Source: Pseudonocardiaceae bacterium (GTDB lineage Bacteria > Actinomycetota > Actinomycetes > Mycobacteriales > Pseudonocardiaceae). From it: DNA of 56,681 nucleotides. Of this stretch, positions 35,266 to 44,359 are shown one piece after another. The notes beneath the pieces are model-generated. The model did not search any database, had not been told where the DNA came from, and was given only the letters and a program-made list of their open reading frames with translations. Within the stretch, counting starts at the first letter, position 1. Each line of letters opens with the position of its first letter. Position numbers and translations under genes: made by a program. Where the stretch lies: the NCBI GenBank assembly GCA_035275565.1, contig DATEMN010000001.1, forward strand, positions 1 to 56,681. Reading direction: 5' to 3'.

Positions 35266-36873
35266 CTACCTCGTGCGGTGCTGGTCCCGGTAGAGCAACT
35301 CCAGAGCAGCCGAGGTGATCCGGCGCCGCAGCCCGCCAAGTGCGCCGTGATCGGCCAAGGCGGCCCGGGCCGCCAGCCACCCGCAGGCGCCGTGCACGCC
35401 GCCGCCGGGATGGGCGGCAGCGCTGCCCAGATACAGCCCCGACACCGGCGTCTCCGGCCGCCCGAGACCCGGTACCGGCCGGAACACCAGCTGCTGGTGC
35501 AGCTGTGCGGTACCGCCGGCGACCGCACCACCCACTAGGTTGGCGTCAGCACGTTGCAGGTCACTGGGGCGTTGCACGGTCCGCTCAAGCACCCGGGCCC
35601 CGAATCCCGGCGCGAAGCGTTCCACCACGTCGTCCACTCGCGCTGCGAGCAGGTCCGCTGACGCGTCGTCGGAGCGGCCCCGGGGCAGGTGGGTGTAGGC
35701 CCAGGCGCTCTCGGTCCCAACGGGCGAGCGACTGGCGTCGGCCGTCGTCATTTGCCCCAGCAGCAGCAACGGTGTGCGGGGAAGGGTGGCGCCGTCGATA
35801 TCGGCGCACCAGTGCCCCATCTGGTTCTCGTCGCATCCCACGTGCACGGTGCCGGCGCCGCGCACACTCGGCGCCCGCCACGGGATCGGGCCGGACAAGG
35901 CCCAATTGACTTTCACCACTGGACTGTCCCACTGGAAGCGCCGCAGATCATCGTGCAGCGCAGCCGGTACGGCGTCGGGTGGCAGCAGGTCGAAGTACAG
36001 GCTGGGCGCCGATACGTCGGCGATGACGGCGCGGCGGGCGTGCACGGTCAAGCCGGCCGCGGTGCGCACTCCCACCGCGCGGCTGCCGGTCACGTCGATG
36101 CGCTCCACCCGTTGCCCGGTATGCAGCTGTGCACCTGCCGTTTCCGCCCGCCGGGCCAGCGCAGCCGCCAGCTCGCCGGCCCCCCCGACCGGCACTGGGA
36201 ATCCGACGTCTTGACCCAGCATCGCCAGCAGCCAGCCGTACATGCCGCTGACCGGTGCGTCCAGCGGGGCATCGCCGTGCAGCGCGTTACCGGCCAGCAG
36301 CAGCCGCCCGGATTCGCCGCGGAACAGCTCATGGCCCATCCGGCGGGCGGGCAGGGCCAGGAATCGGGCCAGTCGCAGCGTCCCGGCAGTGCCCAGCTCG
36401 CGTAGTAGTGCAGCGGGTCCGCGCACCGGTGGGAAGGCGGTGAACAGCGAGCGCAGCACGGGATCCCGCACCCGCTGCCACTGCTCGACCAGCTCACGCC
36501 AGGCCGTGCCGTCGGCCGGGTGCTCGGCGGCCAACCTGGCGGCGGTGTCCTCGGGCTCGCGGTGCAGCACGGCCGCCGCGTCGGAGTCGGGCCGCGGCGG
36601 GTGCGCGAGTACCACGGGGGCGTGCGACCAGCGCAGCCCGTGCTCGTGTAGCCGCAGCGAGCGCAGTACCGGTGAGGCGGCGGTAAGCGGGTAGAACGCG
36701 CTGTACAGGTCGGTGACATATCCCGGTCGCAGCTGCGCCGAGCGGATCGCGCCACCGACCTGGTCGGCGGCCTCCAGCAGGCAGACCTCCCATCCCGCAT
36801 CGGCCAGCACCGCCGCTGCGACCAGACCGTGGTGCCCGCCACCGACGACGACGGCGTCCACGCGCAATGCCAT
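35266..36873 (-). CDS. FAD/NAD(P)-dependent oxidoreductase, phytoene desaturase (CrtI)-like family
   Basis: [41 protein letters not shown] (GxGxxG)...; length ~535 aa; C-terminal ...[16 protein letters not shown] typical of the family. Confidence 0.8.
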   Translation of the reverse strand: MALRVDAVVVGGGHHGLVAAAVLADAGWEVCLLEAADQVGGAIRSAQLRPGYVTDLYSAFYPLTAASPVLRSLRLHEHGLRWSHAPVVLAHPPRPDSDAAAVLHREPEDTAARLAAEHPADGTAWRELVEQWQRVRDPVLRSLFTAFPPVRGPAALLRELGTAGTLRLARFLALPARRMGHELFRGESGRLLLAGNALHGDAPLDAPVSGMYGWLLAMLGQDVGFPVPVGGAGELAAALARRAETAGAQLHTGQRVERIDVTGSRAVGVRTAAGLTVHARRAVIADVSAPSLYFDLLPPDAVPAALHDDLRRFQWDSPVVKVNWALSGPIPWRAPSVRGAGTVHVGCDENQMGHWCADIDGATLPRTPLLLLGQMTTADASRSPVGTESAWAYTHLPRGRSDDASADLLAARVDDVVERFAPGFGARVLERTVQRPSDLQRADANLVGGAVAGGTAQLHQQLVFRPVPGLGRPETPVSGLYLGSAAAHPGGGVHGACGWLAARAALADHGALGGLRRRITSAALELLYRDQHRTR

Positions 36874-36890
36874 AGGGTCACCTTGGCATG

Positions 36891-36938
36891 CCCCGTGAGT
36901 GGCGATGTGGGCTGTCACTCGCATCGCCACTCACGGGG
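36891..36938. promoter_or_regulatory. Perfect 17-bp inverted repeat (14-nt spacer) in the divergent crtI-like/purN control region, spanning the first candidate purN start codon
   Basis: ccccgtgagtggcgatg (36891-36907) ... catcgccactcacgggg (36922-36938). The function is unknown; the structure itself is certain. Confidence 0.5.
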
Positions 36939-37618
36939 CGCAGCCACTACGCTGGCGATTCCCGCCTGCCTATTCCTGCCGCCAGGAGCCCGCGCTGACC
37001 CAGCTTCACCTGCCGGTCCCGACCCGGGTCGTTGTCCTGGTGTCCGGCACCGGGACGCTGCTACAGGCATTGTTAGACGCCGCCGGCCCGGACTATCCCG
37101 CTCGGGTCGTCGCCGTCGGTACGGACCGGGCCGGCAGCGTGGCCCTGCGGCGCGCCGGGGATCGCGGGCTGCCCACCTTCGTCGTCGAGCTGGCCCAGCA
37201 TCCCGACCGGGTGTCCTGGGACGCCGCGCTCACCGGGGCGGTCGCCGCGCACCAGCCGGATCTGATCGTCACGGCCGGGTTCATGAAGCTGCTGGGCTCG
37301 GCGTTCCTGGACCGCTTCGCCGGTCGGATCGTCAACAGCCACCCCGCGCTGCTGCCCGCGTTCCCCGGCCCGCGGGCCGTGGCCGACGCGCTGGCGCACG
37401 GGGTCCGGGTGACCGGCACGACCGTGCACCTCGTAGATGCTGGCGTGGATACCGGGCCGATCCTGGCCCAGCGCGCCGTCGAGGTGCTCCCCGACGACAC
37501 CGAGGAGCGGCTGCACGAGAGGATCAAGGTGGTGGAGCGGCGACTGCTCGTCGAGGTCGTTGCCGAACTGGTCCGCTGTGGGTGCACTGTCACCGGACGA
37601 AAGGTGTCGCTGCCGTGA
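36899..37618 (+). CDS. purN: Phosphoribosylglycinamide formyltransferase (start codon uncertain)
   Basis: ...[19 protein letters not shown]...[12 protein letters not shown]...[15 protein letters not shown]... The conserved part begins ~40 codons after GTG 36899, with no other canonical start in between. Confidence 0.85.
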   Translation: MAMWAVTRIATHGAQPLRWRFPPAYSCRQEPALTQLHLPVPTRVVVLVSGTGTLLQALLDAAGPDYPARVVAVGTDRAGSVALRRAGDRGLPTFVVELAQHPDRVSWDAALTGAVAAHQPDLIVTAGFMKLLGSAFLDRFAGRIVNSHPALLPAFPGPRAVADALAHGVRVTGTTVHLVDAGVDTGPILAQRAVEVLPDDTEERLHERIKVVERRLLVEVVAELVRCGCTVTGRKVSLP

Positions 37619-39174
37619 CCGCTGAAGATCGCAAGTTGGTGCGCCGGGCGCTGGTGAGTGTGTCGGCCAAACGCGGCTTGCTGGAGCTGGCCACCGGCCT
37701 GCACGCGGCCGGGGTGGAGATCGTCTCCACCGGCTCGACCGCGACCACGATCGCGGACGCGGGGGTTCCGGTGACCCGGGTCGAGGAGCTCACCGGTTTC
37801 CCAGAGTGCCTGGACGGGCGGGTCAAGACCCTGCATCCTCGGGTACACGCCGGGTTGCTCGCCGACACCCGCAAACCCGCTCACCTGACCCAGCTGGACG
37901 CGCTGGGCATCGCGCCGTTTGACCTGCTGGTTGTCAACCTGTACCCGTTCACGGCGACCGTCGCCGCCGGGGCTGGCGCCGATGAGTGCGTGGAGCAGAT
38001 CGACATCGGCGGACCGGCGATGGTGCGGGCCGCCGCGAAGAACCACGCATCGGTCGCCGTGGTGGTGGACCCAGCGGCCTACGTCGACGTGCTGGACGCG
38101 GTCAAGGCTGGCGGGTTCACCCTGACACAGCGCCGCGCGCTGGCCGTCACCGCGTTCCGGCACACCGCCGACTACGACATCGCGGTGGCGTCCTGGCTGG
38201 GTTCCACGACGCCGGAGGACGGTTTCGCGCCCTGGGTGGGCGCCTCCTGGCGGCGCGCTCAGGCGTTGCGCTACGGGGAGAACCCGCACCAGCGGGCCGC
38301 GCTGTACACCGCGGATGACCCGCCGAAGGGGCTGGCCGGCGCCCAGCAGTTGCACGGTAAGGAGATGTCCTACAACAACTATGTCGATGCCGACGCCGCC
38401 TGGCGGGCCGCCCACGACCACGCCGACACCTGCGTGGCGATCATCAAACACGCCAACCCGTGCGGTATCGCGGTGTCCCACGCTGGGGATGTCGCCGACG
38501 CGCACCGCCGGGCGCATGCCTGTGACCCGGTGAGCGCGTTCGGCGCCGTGATCGCGGTTAACCGCGAGGTCACTGTCGAGCTGGCCGAGCAGATCAGCGA
38601 GGTGTTCACCGAGGTGGTGGTGGCGCCGTCCTATGCTGACGGCGCGGTGGACGTGCTGGCCCGCAAGAAGAACGTGCGCCTGCTGGTGGCCTCGCCGCCG
38701 GACCGGGGCGATGTCGAGTTCCGGGCGTTATCTGGTGGGCTGTTGCTGCAGACCCGGGACGCACTCGATGCCCCCGGCGACGATCCGGCGACTTGGACGC
38801 TGGCCACCGGTGCGCCGGTGGACGCGGCGACGCTGGCCGATCTGGCTTTCGCCTGGCGAGCCTGCCGCGCCGTGCGCTCCAATGCGATCCTGCTTGCCGC
38901 CGGCGGGGCCACGGTCGGCATCGGGATGGGGCAGGTGAACCGGGTGGACGCGGCCCGGCTCGCGGTCAGCCGCGCGGCCGAGCGAGCGGCCGATGCGGTG
39001 GCCGCCTCCGATGCGTTCTTCCCGTTCTCCGACGGGCTGGAAGTGCTGCTCGACGCCGGGGTCCGCGCCGTGGTGCAACCCGGCGGGTCAGTCCGCGACC
39101 CCGAGGTCATCGCCGCCGCCGGGGTCGCCGGAGTGCCGCTTTACCTCACTGGCACCCGCCACTTCGCTCACTGA
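37615..39174 (+). CDS. purH: Bifunctional AICAR formyltransferase / IMP cyclohydrolase
   Basis: [26 protein letters not shown]...[15 protein letters not shown]...[11 protein letters not shown] 37615 overlaps the purN stop (GTGA). The track ORF from 36829 is an in-frame upstream read-through. Confidence 0.95.
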   Translation: MTAEDRKLVRRALVSVSAKRGLLELATGLHAAGVEIVSTGSTATTIADAGVPVTRVEELTGFPECLDGRVKTLHPRVHAGLLADTRKPAHLTQLDALGIAPFDLLVVNLYPFTATVAAGAGADECVEQIDIGGPAMVRAAAKNHASVAVVVDPAAYVDVLDAVKAGGFTLTQRRALAVTAFRHTADYDIAVASWLGSTTPEDGFAPWVGASWRRAQALRYGENPHQRAALYTADDPPKGLAGAQQLHGKEMSYNNYVDADAAWRAAHDHADTCVAIIKHANPCGIAVSHAGDVADAHRRAHACDPVSAFGAVIAVNREVTVELAEQISEVFTEVVVAPSYADGAVDVLARKKNVRLLVASPPDRGDVEFRALSGGLLLQTRDALDAPGDDPATWTLATGAPVDAATLADLAFAWRACRAVRSNAILLAAGGATVGIGMGQVNRVDAARLAVSRAAERAADAVAASDAFFPFSDGLEVLLDAGVRAVVQPGGSVRDPEVIAAAGVAGVPLYLTGTRHFAH

Positions 39175-39213
39175 GCGTCCCCATCGCCCGGCACCACAGG
39201 ACACTCTCCAAAG

Positions 39214-39236
39214 CGCGACATGGTTGTCGCGATTTG
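39214..39236. terminator. Hairpin between convergent purH and the SAM-hydrolase gene (candidate bidirectional terminator)
   Basis: aaag-cgcgaca-tggt-tgtcgcg-atttg: 7-bp stem, 4-nt loop, with short A and T runs either side. Confidence 0.4.
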
Positions 39237-39346
39237 CGTGCAGACACAGTCCATGGCTAGCGCGGCACTCGCTCGATGACGTGCTCCGGAGCTGCACGAT
39301 TCGAAATCGATTCGATTGGCTGGTGGCCTCGGCAAGGCGAGGTTCG

Positions 39347-40165
39347 TCATCTACCGGGTGTAGCGATCAACTCGACCATGGCACCGGGCTGCAGACCGGT
39401 GTGGTGTGCCGCCGAGCCATCACGACGGGCCACCGCGAGGTGCCCGGCGGAGTCGATCAGCAGGACGAACTCCCCTTCAGGCACGTCCGCAAAAGTCCTG
39501 CCGAGCAGTACCGGCTCGGCGCCAGCCGACCACCGGAGAGTCGCCGCGGCACCGGTCCGCAACCCGACCGCGTGCAGCTCGGCCGCCCCGGCGGCCAATG
39601 CGACGTTGCCGAAGTGGTCGACGGTCAGCACCTCGACCCGGATCCGATCATTGTTCACCTCGCAGACCGGCGCCGGCAGGACGACCAGCGAGGCCGGGTC
39701 GACCGCGGGACCGAGTGCGTCGGGTGGCACGACGACGGCCAGGTGGGCGGCGGCCGGCGCGAAGACGTCGCGGCCGTGGAACGTGGCACTGACCGTCGGC
39801 AGCCGGTAGGCCGGTTCAGCCAGCTCATAGGCGGCGCGTACGCCGCCGAGGATCTCCGCCGCGGGGAGCAGTAAACCGTTGTCCGGGCCGATCAACACCG
39901 CGCCGCTGAGCACCAGCGCGAGCCCGCGCCGGGCCGTACCGACCCCAGGGTCGACCACGGCGACGTGTACTGCCGCCGGCAGCCAGGGCAGCGTGTCGGC
40001 AAGCAGCACCGAGCCGTGCCGCACGTCGCCCTGCGAGATCGTGTGCGTCACGTCCAGCACCCGTGCGTGCGGGGCGATCCGGGCTATCACCCCGTGGCAG
40101 GCGGCCACGAACCCGTCGGCGCAGCCGTAGTCGGTGCACAAGGAGATCCAGTCGAAACCCGTCAC
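39347..40165 (-). CDS. S-adenosyl-L-methionine hydroxide adenosyltransferase (SAM hydrolase; DUF62 / fluorinase-chlorinase superfamily)
   Basis: ...ISLCTDYGCADGFVAACHGVI...VAVVDPGVGTARR...GPDNGLL...ATFHGRDVFAPAAAHLA.... The start is taken at GTG 40165. Confidence 0.8.
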   Translation of the reverse strand: MTGFDWISLCTDYGCADGFVAACHGVIARIAPHARVLDVTHTISQGDVRHGSVLLADTLPWLPAAVHVAVVDPGVGTARRGLALVLSGAVLIGPDNGLLLPAAEILGGVRAAYELAEPAYRLPTVSATFHGRDVFAPAAAHLAVVVPPDALGPAVDPASLVVLPAPVCEVNNDRIRVEVLTVDHFGNVALAAGAAELHAVGLRTGAAATLRWSAGAEPVLLGRTFADVPEGEFVLLIDSAGHLAVARRDGSAAHHTGLQPGAMVELIATPGR

Positions 40166-40458
40166 GGCGTCGAGTGTGCGCCGTCGTCCCGAGCGAACGC
40201 GCAGCGACCAACACACGGGGATGCAGCCTGGCTAACGAAGCAGACCAGCGAGCAGCAGAGCGTTCCCGCCCGCGCTCGCGAGCCAGATCCGCCTTCCACT
40301 GCGGCGAGGGCGGCCGGTGACGGCGCGCTCGACGCGACTCTGGACACACTTTCATACGTCTCCTGAACGGCAAGCTGAGCCCGTAAAGCATCAGCCAGCG
40401 GCTGCGCTGAGGGCGCCAGCCAGAATGGCGGCGGCACTGCGCGCCATCGACAGTCACC

Positions 40459-40540
40459 GTGGTGGGCGGGTGGCGGTGGCGAGTTCGGCGAGGTCGAGTT
40501 CGACCGGGAACGGTTCAGCCAGGCATAGGGGCAGTTCTCA
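40459..40540 (-). pseudogene. Orphan 3'-terminal fragment of a Uma2 (DUF820, PD-(D/E)XK) gene; direct repeat of 43675..43741
   Basis: The minus strand reads ...LCLAEPFPVELDLAELATATRPPR* directly after an upstream stop. 67 nt (40459-40525) match 43675-43741 with 2 mismatches. Confidence 0.65.
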
Positions 40541-40736
40541 CCGCGCTGTCCTACGAGTCCCTCAGCTACGACTTCATGGTGTGCCGGGGTTTGGCGGCTG
40601 TCGTCGGGTGTGAGGTGCGTGGTCGTGAACCGCCTGGGGCGATGGCAGACATATCCCCTGAGATGCGTATCACAGCGCGGCTGAGCGCCCTCCATCTGGT
40701 GCGAGTCGTGAGCGGGTATCGAGAAGGTGGTGACGG

Positions 40737-41054
40737 GTGACTACACAAGACGAGCGTTCCGAGCGGCCTACCTTGTTCCAGGGCACGGTGTCGGCGAGCC
40801 GCGACGTCGTCCGGGCGCTCGGGGAGCTGGACATCGACCAGCTCCCCGGCACCGAGCAGGCCGACGAAACGCACACGTCCTTCGAGGCGCTGCTTCGACC
40901 CGACCAGGTTGAAGCGCTGGTCACGGCCGGCGCGGTGGTGACTTTGAAACGGACGATCGATCAGACATTCCCAACCGAACGGCTTATCGCGCAGGCCGAT
41001 CCACTCGAACGGCTGCGTTCGCTGGAGCCGTTCCGCGAGGATGGAGGACAGTAA
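40737..41054 (+). CDS. Hypothetical 105-aa protein translationally coupled to the M14 carboxypeptidase; possibly a stand-alone pro-domain or inhibitor-like partner
   Basis: GTG start preceded by gaaggtgg. The stop overlaps the next ATG (TAATG at 41052-41056). ...FEALLRPDQVEALVTAGAVVTLKRTIDQ... loosely resembles M14 activation peptides by pattern only. Confidence 0.45.
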   Translation: MTTQDERSERPTLFQGTVSASRDVVRALGELDIDQLPGTEQADETHTSFEALLRPDQVEALVTAGAVVTLKRTIDQTFPTERLIAQADPLERLRSLEPFREDGGQ

Positions 41055-42121
41055 TGTACACACGTTCCGCGGATATCGAGCTCATCAACCAGACCCTCGC
41101 CCAGTGGTTCCCGTCCATGATCGACCGCATTGTCCTCGCGGACTCGCGGGAGGGACGCCCGGTCAGTGCCCTGCGCATCCACGCCGGTGCTAAGACGAAC
41201 CGACGAGGCGTCGTGTTCGTGGGTGGCACGCACGCGCGTGAGCTACTCAACCCCGACGCGCTCATCGATCTGACGGTCGGGCTGCTGCGGCATTATTTGA
41301 CCGGCACTGATTGGGCCATCGGCGGCCGCACCTGGGATGCCGACACCCTGCGCAGCGTGATGCACACGCTGGACATCTTCATTCTGACCAACGCCAACCC
41401 CGACGGTCGCGAGTACGTGTTCGACACGAACCGGATGTGGCGCAAGAACCGGGCGCCGCTTGTGGATCCGAACTGCGTCGGTGTTGACCTCAACCGCAAC
41501 TTCGATTTGCTGTGGGGCATCGAGACCAGGTCATCGGGTAACGCGATCACGACGTCCAAGAGTCCCTGCGCAGACGTCTACTTCGGGCCGGGCGCGTTCA
41601 GCGAGCCCGAGACCCGCAACGTCAAGACACTGCTCGATAACCACCGCATCGACTGCCTCATCGACGTGCACTCCTTCTCCGAGCTGATCCTCTACCCGTG
41701 GGGACACGCGCCCAACCAGACCATCGATCCCAGCAAACGGTTCACCCTCGTCGATACCTCCACCTGGAAGGAGCTTCCCACTGACGCTCCCGACTACCAG
41801 GAGTACATCCCGCAGGCGGATCTCGAGCGGTTCGAGAAGGTCGGCGCCGCCGCCGCGAAGGCGATCAAGGACGTCCGTGGCCGTGCCTACACCGTCCAGG
41901 CCGGGACTGCCCTGTACGCGACCACTGGCACGACGTCGGACTACGCGTACGCCCGCCACGTGGCCAACCCGGGGCTGCGCAAGGTGTATGGGTTCACGTT
42001 CGAGACCGGACCATGGACCGGCAACGCCGAAGAGTCGTTCCAACCGCCGTTCCCCGAGGCGGACCGGATCATGGAAGAGGCGATCTCCGGTCTACTCTCG
42101 GTGCTCCACTCATTTGCGTGA
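41054..42121 (+). CDS. M14 family zinc carboxypeptidase (carboxypeptidase A/T-like), no N-terminal pro-segment or obvious signal peptide
   Basis: GGTHARELLNPD (HxxE), NANPDGREY, WRKNR, GVDLNRNF, DVHSFSELILYPWGH (third Zn ligand), GTTSDYAY, GFTFE (catalytic Glu). Confidence 0.85.
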   Translation: MYTRSADIELINQTLAQWFPSMIDRIVLADSREGRPVSALRIHAGAKTNRRGVVFVGGTHARELLNPDALIDLTVGLLRHYLTGTDWAIGGRTWDADTLRSVMHTLDIFILTNANPDGREYVFDTNRMWRKNRAPLVDPNCVGVDLNRNFDLLWGIETRSSGNAITTSKSPCADVYFGPGAFSEPETRNVKTLLDNHRIDCLIDVHSFSELILYPWGHAPNQTIDPSKRFTLVDTSTWKELPTDAPDYQEYIPQADLERFEKVGAAAAKAIKDVRGRAYTVQAGTALYATTGTTSDYAYARHVANPGLRKVYGFTFETGPWTGNAEESFQPPFPEADRIMEEAISGLLSVLHSFA

Positions 42122-42154
42122 GCCCGTCCACTTCATCGCAAGCGAGCGGATCTC

Positions 42155-43518
42155 TCAGTAAGGAGCTTCTGCGGCTTGGAAGAGTCCGTAGGCGTGCAGT
42201 TGGACGTCGAGTTCTTGGACGGCCTTGATGTTCTCCCAGGGTCGCATGAGGGCTCGGGTAGTGTGGAGTTCTGGGGTGAGTAGTGGTGAGAGGCGAGCGT
42301 AGCCGACGGCGTCGCCGAGAACGTGTGCGGCTTCGTTGATGTCTTTGTCGAGTATCAGCGCGTGGCTCGGCTGCACCTGGCAGAATCCATAACCGTCCAC
42401 AAAGGTGCGGTTGAATCGATCTCGGGCGTTGCGTTGACTGTCCAGCTTGCCCTCGTGTACCCAGTACGCCAGTGAATTAGCGGCACAACCGTTCGCGCTA
42501 GCGAGGAAGTCGTGGGCGCGGGCACAGGCGGCCATGCATGGTCCGTACTGGCCGTCGAGTGCATAGGCGGCTGCGGCCATCTGCTCGGCCAGTGCTTTGA
42601 GACGCACGTCATCGGTGCGTGCTGCCAGGCTGCGAGCAGCCGCAGCGGTGTCCAAAGCGGTGGGCGTGTCGCCGCGGAGGAATGCGGCCAAGCTGGCATT
42701 GGCTGCCGCATAAGCAGCACATGCGGGGTTGCCGGCGTGGTGACCGGCTATACGTGCGTGCTGAAAGTAGTCTCTGGCCGCCTCGGGACGGCTCATATCA
42801 AACAGGTAGCCACCGATTGCGGGACCGAGTTTGTCCTCTAAACGTTTGCAAGAGGCCAGCGTGACTGACAGGTTCTCCACTACTTGGGCATCCACCCGAT
42901 GGGGAGCCTCCACAGCTTGGGCTAGCCGCGTGTACTCGTCGGCATCCAGGCCGACAAGCCCACCGCCGCCAGCGTTCCGCTGATCATTCGAATCGCGTCG
43001 CGACGTCCCAGCGACCGGATTAACTTCGTGACCACCGCCATGAGCTCCTCGGCTAACTCACCGCTGACCCGTGTCCTCTCCTGCCACGCTACGTCCTGGT
43101 TGCGGTACCTCGCAGCAGGAGAGGACGCCGACTGGACCCGGGCCTCGGCGTATGCCGCCTGCCGCAGCCGGCGGCCGCGGGCCCGATAGTCCTGCTCAGC
43201 GTCGGTTAGCGCGCTGTACGCGGCCACCAGAGCACCATCGGCGCGGCACACCTCGTCGGTGATCTTCCACAATCTCGCGGGCATCCCCCGGGTGCCATGC
43301 TCGACTTTCGAGATCGTGCTGCGCGTTCTGCCTACGGCGTGAGCCAGTTCGGCTTGAGACACCCCGGCAGCCATGCGGTAGGCGACCAGCTGGGTACCGA
43401 GGTCACGTCGTAAGGACGCCAACTTGGCGCGATCAGCGGTCAGGTCCCCGGTTTCTCCTGCCCCGTCCACGGTCACGACCTTGAACCCTAGAGGGTGACA
43501 ACCAGCGTGACAGTCCAT
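42155..43518 (-). pseudogene. XRE-family HTH regulator with a C-terminal TPR-like domain, split by a single frameshift (or a sequencing error)
   Basis: ORF 42922..43518 has the HTH: ...GVSQAELAHAVGRTRSTISKVEHG.... ORF 42155..42913 is the helical-repeat domain. Reading the -1 frame across 42950-42975 gives a continuous ...LAAVG/LVGLDADEYTRLAQAVEAPHRVDAQVVENL..., as in intact members of this actinobacterial family. Confidence 0.6.
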
Positions 43519-43669
43519 CCAGAATACCCACTGTCGGCACGCTGGTTACTGCTGCCAGCGTGTTCCCTCAGCACCTGGCGCCGGGCCGCCGCAGCGCACG
43601 CCCTTGATACGTGATTTCGGTGATTCCAAACCCCCTACTCAGAATCTCGTCCTTTTGTGTGGTTTCCGC

Positions 43670-44126
43670 TCATTGTGGTGGGCGGGTGGCGGTGGCGAGT
43701 TCGGCGAGGTCGAGTCCGACCGGGAATGGTTCAGCCAGGCACAGCAGCTGCTCCGATTTTGATGACGTGATCTCGACGTAGTGCCCTTGGTGTAACCGGT
43801 ACGCCACCGCGCTCGGTGCCGGGCTGGTGAGCTCGATCCGTAGGTAGTGCTCGATGCCTGCGGCTGAGTAGCGCGGTGGCTTGAGCGCACGATCAGCGGC
43901 GACGCTGCTCGGGCTGACGATCTCGACGACCATCACCACATCGGCGGGGTCCCAGACCGTCTGGTCCAGCCCGGGCTTGGTCACCACGACGAGATCGGGA
44001 ATCAGAAACTAGTAACCCGCCGTCGAGAAGTTCGATGCGGCGGCGGTCCTCGGGCAGCGCGAGGTACTCCCGCTCTGTCCACGGCCCCACGTGGTCGAGC
44101 AGGCTAGCTTGGGCAGGCGACGACAT
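43670..44126 (-). pseudogene. Uma2 (DUF820) family endonuclease gene with an internal deletion and frameshift
   Basis: The N-terminal piece ...[26 protein letters not shown] (frame A) abuts [13 protein letters not shown]...[12 protein letters not shown]...YSAAGIEHYLRIEL...LAEPFPVGLDLAEL (frame B) at ~43990-44010. About 45 central codons are missing relative to typical ~190-aa members. Confidence 0.6.
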
Positions 44127-44359
44127 CCGCAGCTCACCTCCACGCGTTCCGGGAGCGACACCATGGTCGCATGCTGCCGGGCAGCACCGACAGTTCTCAC
44201 CACGCTCGCTGCCTGGCGAGGGGGTGCCGGGGGGAGCGGGGCCGTCACCCTAAACTGAGCACGAGGTGACGGCGTGGTGCCCGGGTGCTACGCCGGTGCG
44301 CTGGAGTGCTGGAGTGTTGACAGATCTGCTCGCTCATACCGACGAACGGAGTACCTGGC

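Noticed and set aside
36829-37614. 5' extension of the purH ORF (the track gives a 781-aa product)
   Set aside because: The extension overlaps purN in another frame and is Arg/Gly/Pro-rich. The conserved PurH N-terminus starts at GTG 37615, which overlaps the purN stop.
44317-44322. TTGACA hexamer 38 nt upstream of the nuoL ATG, as a possible new promoter -35 box
   Set aside because: I could find no acceptable -10 (TANNNT) element at 16-19 nt spacing. A single hexamer is not sufficient evidence.
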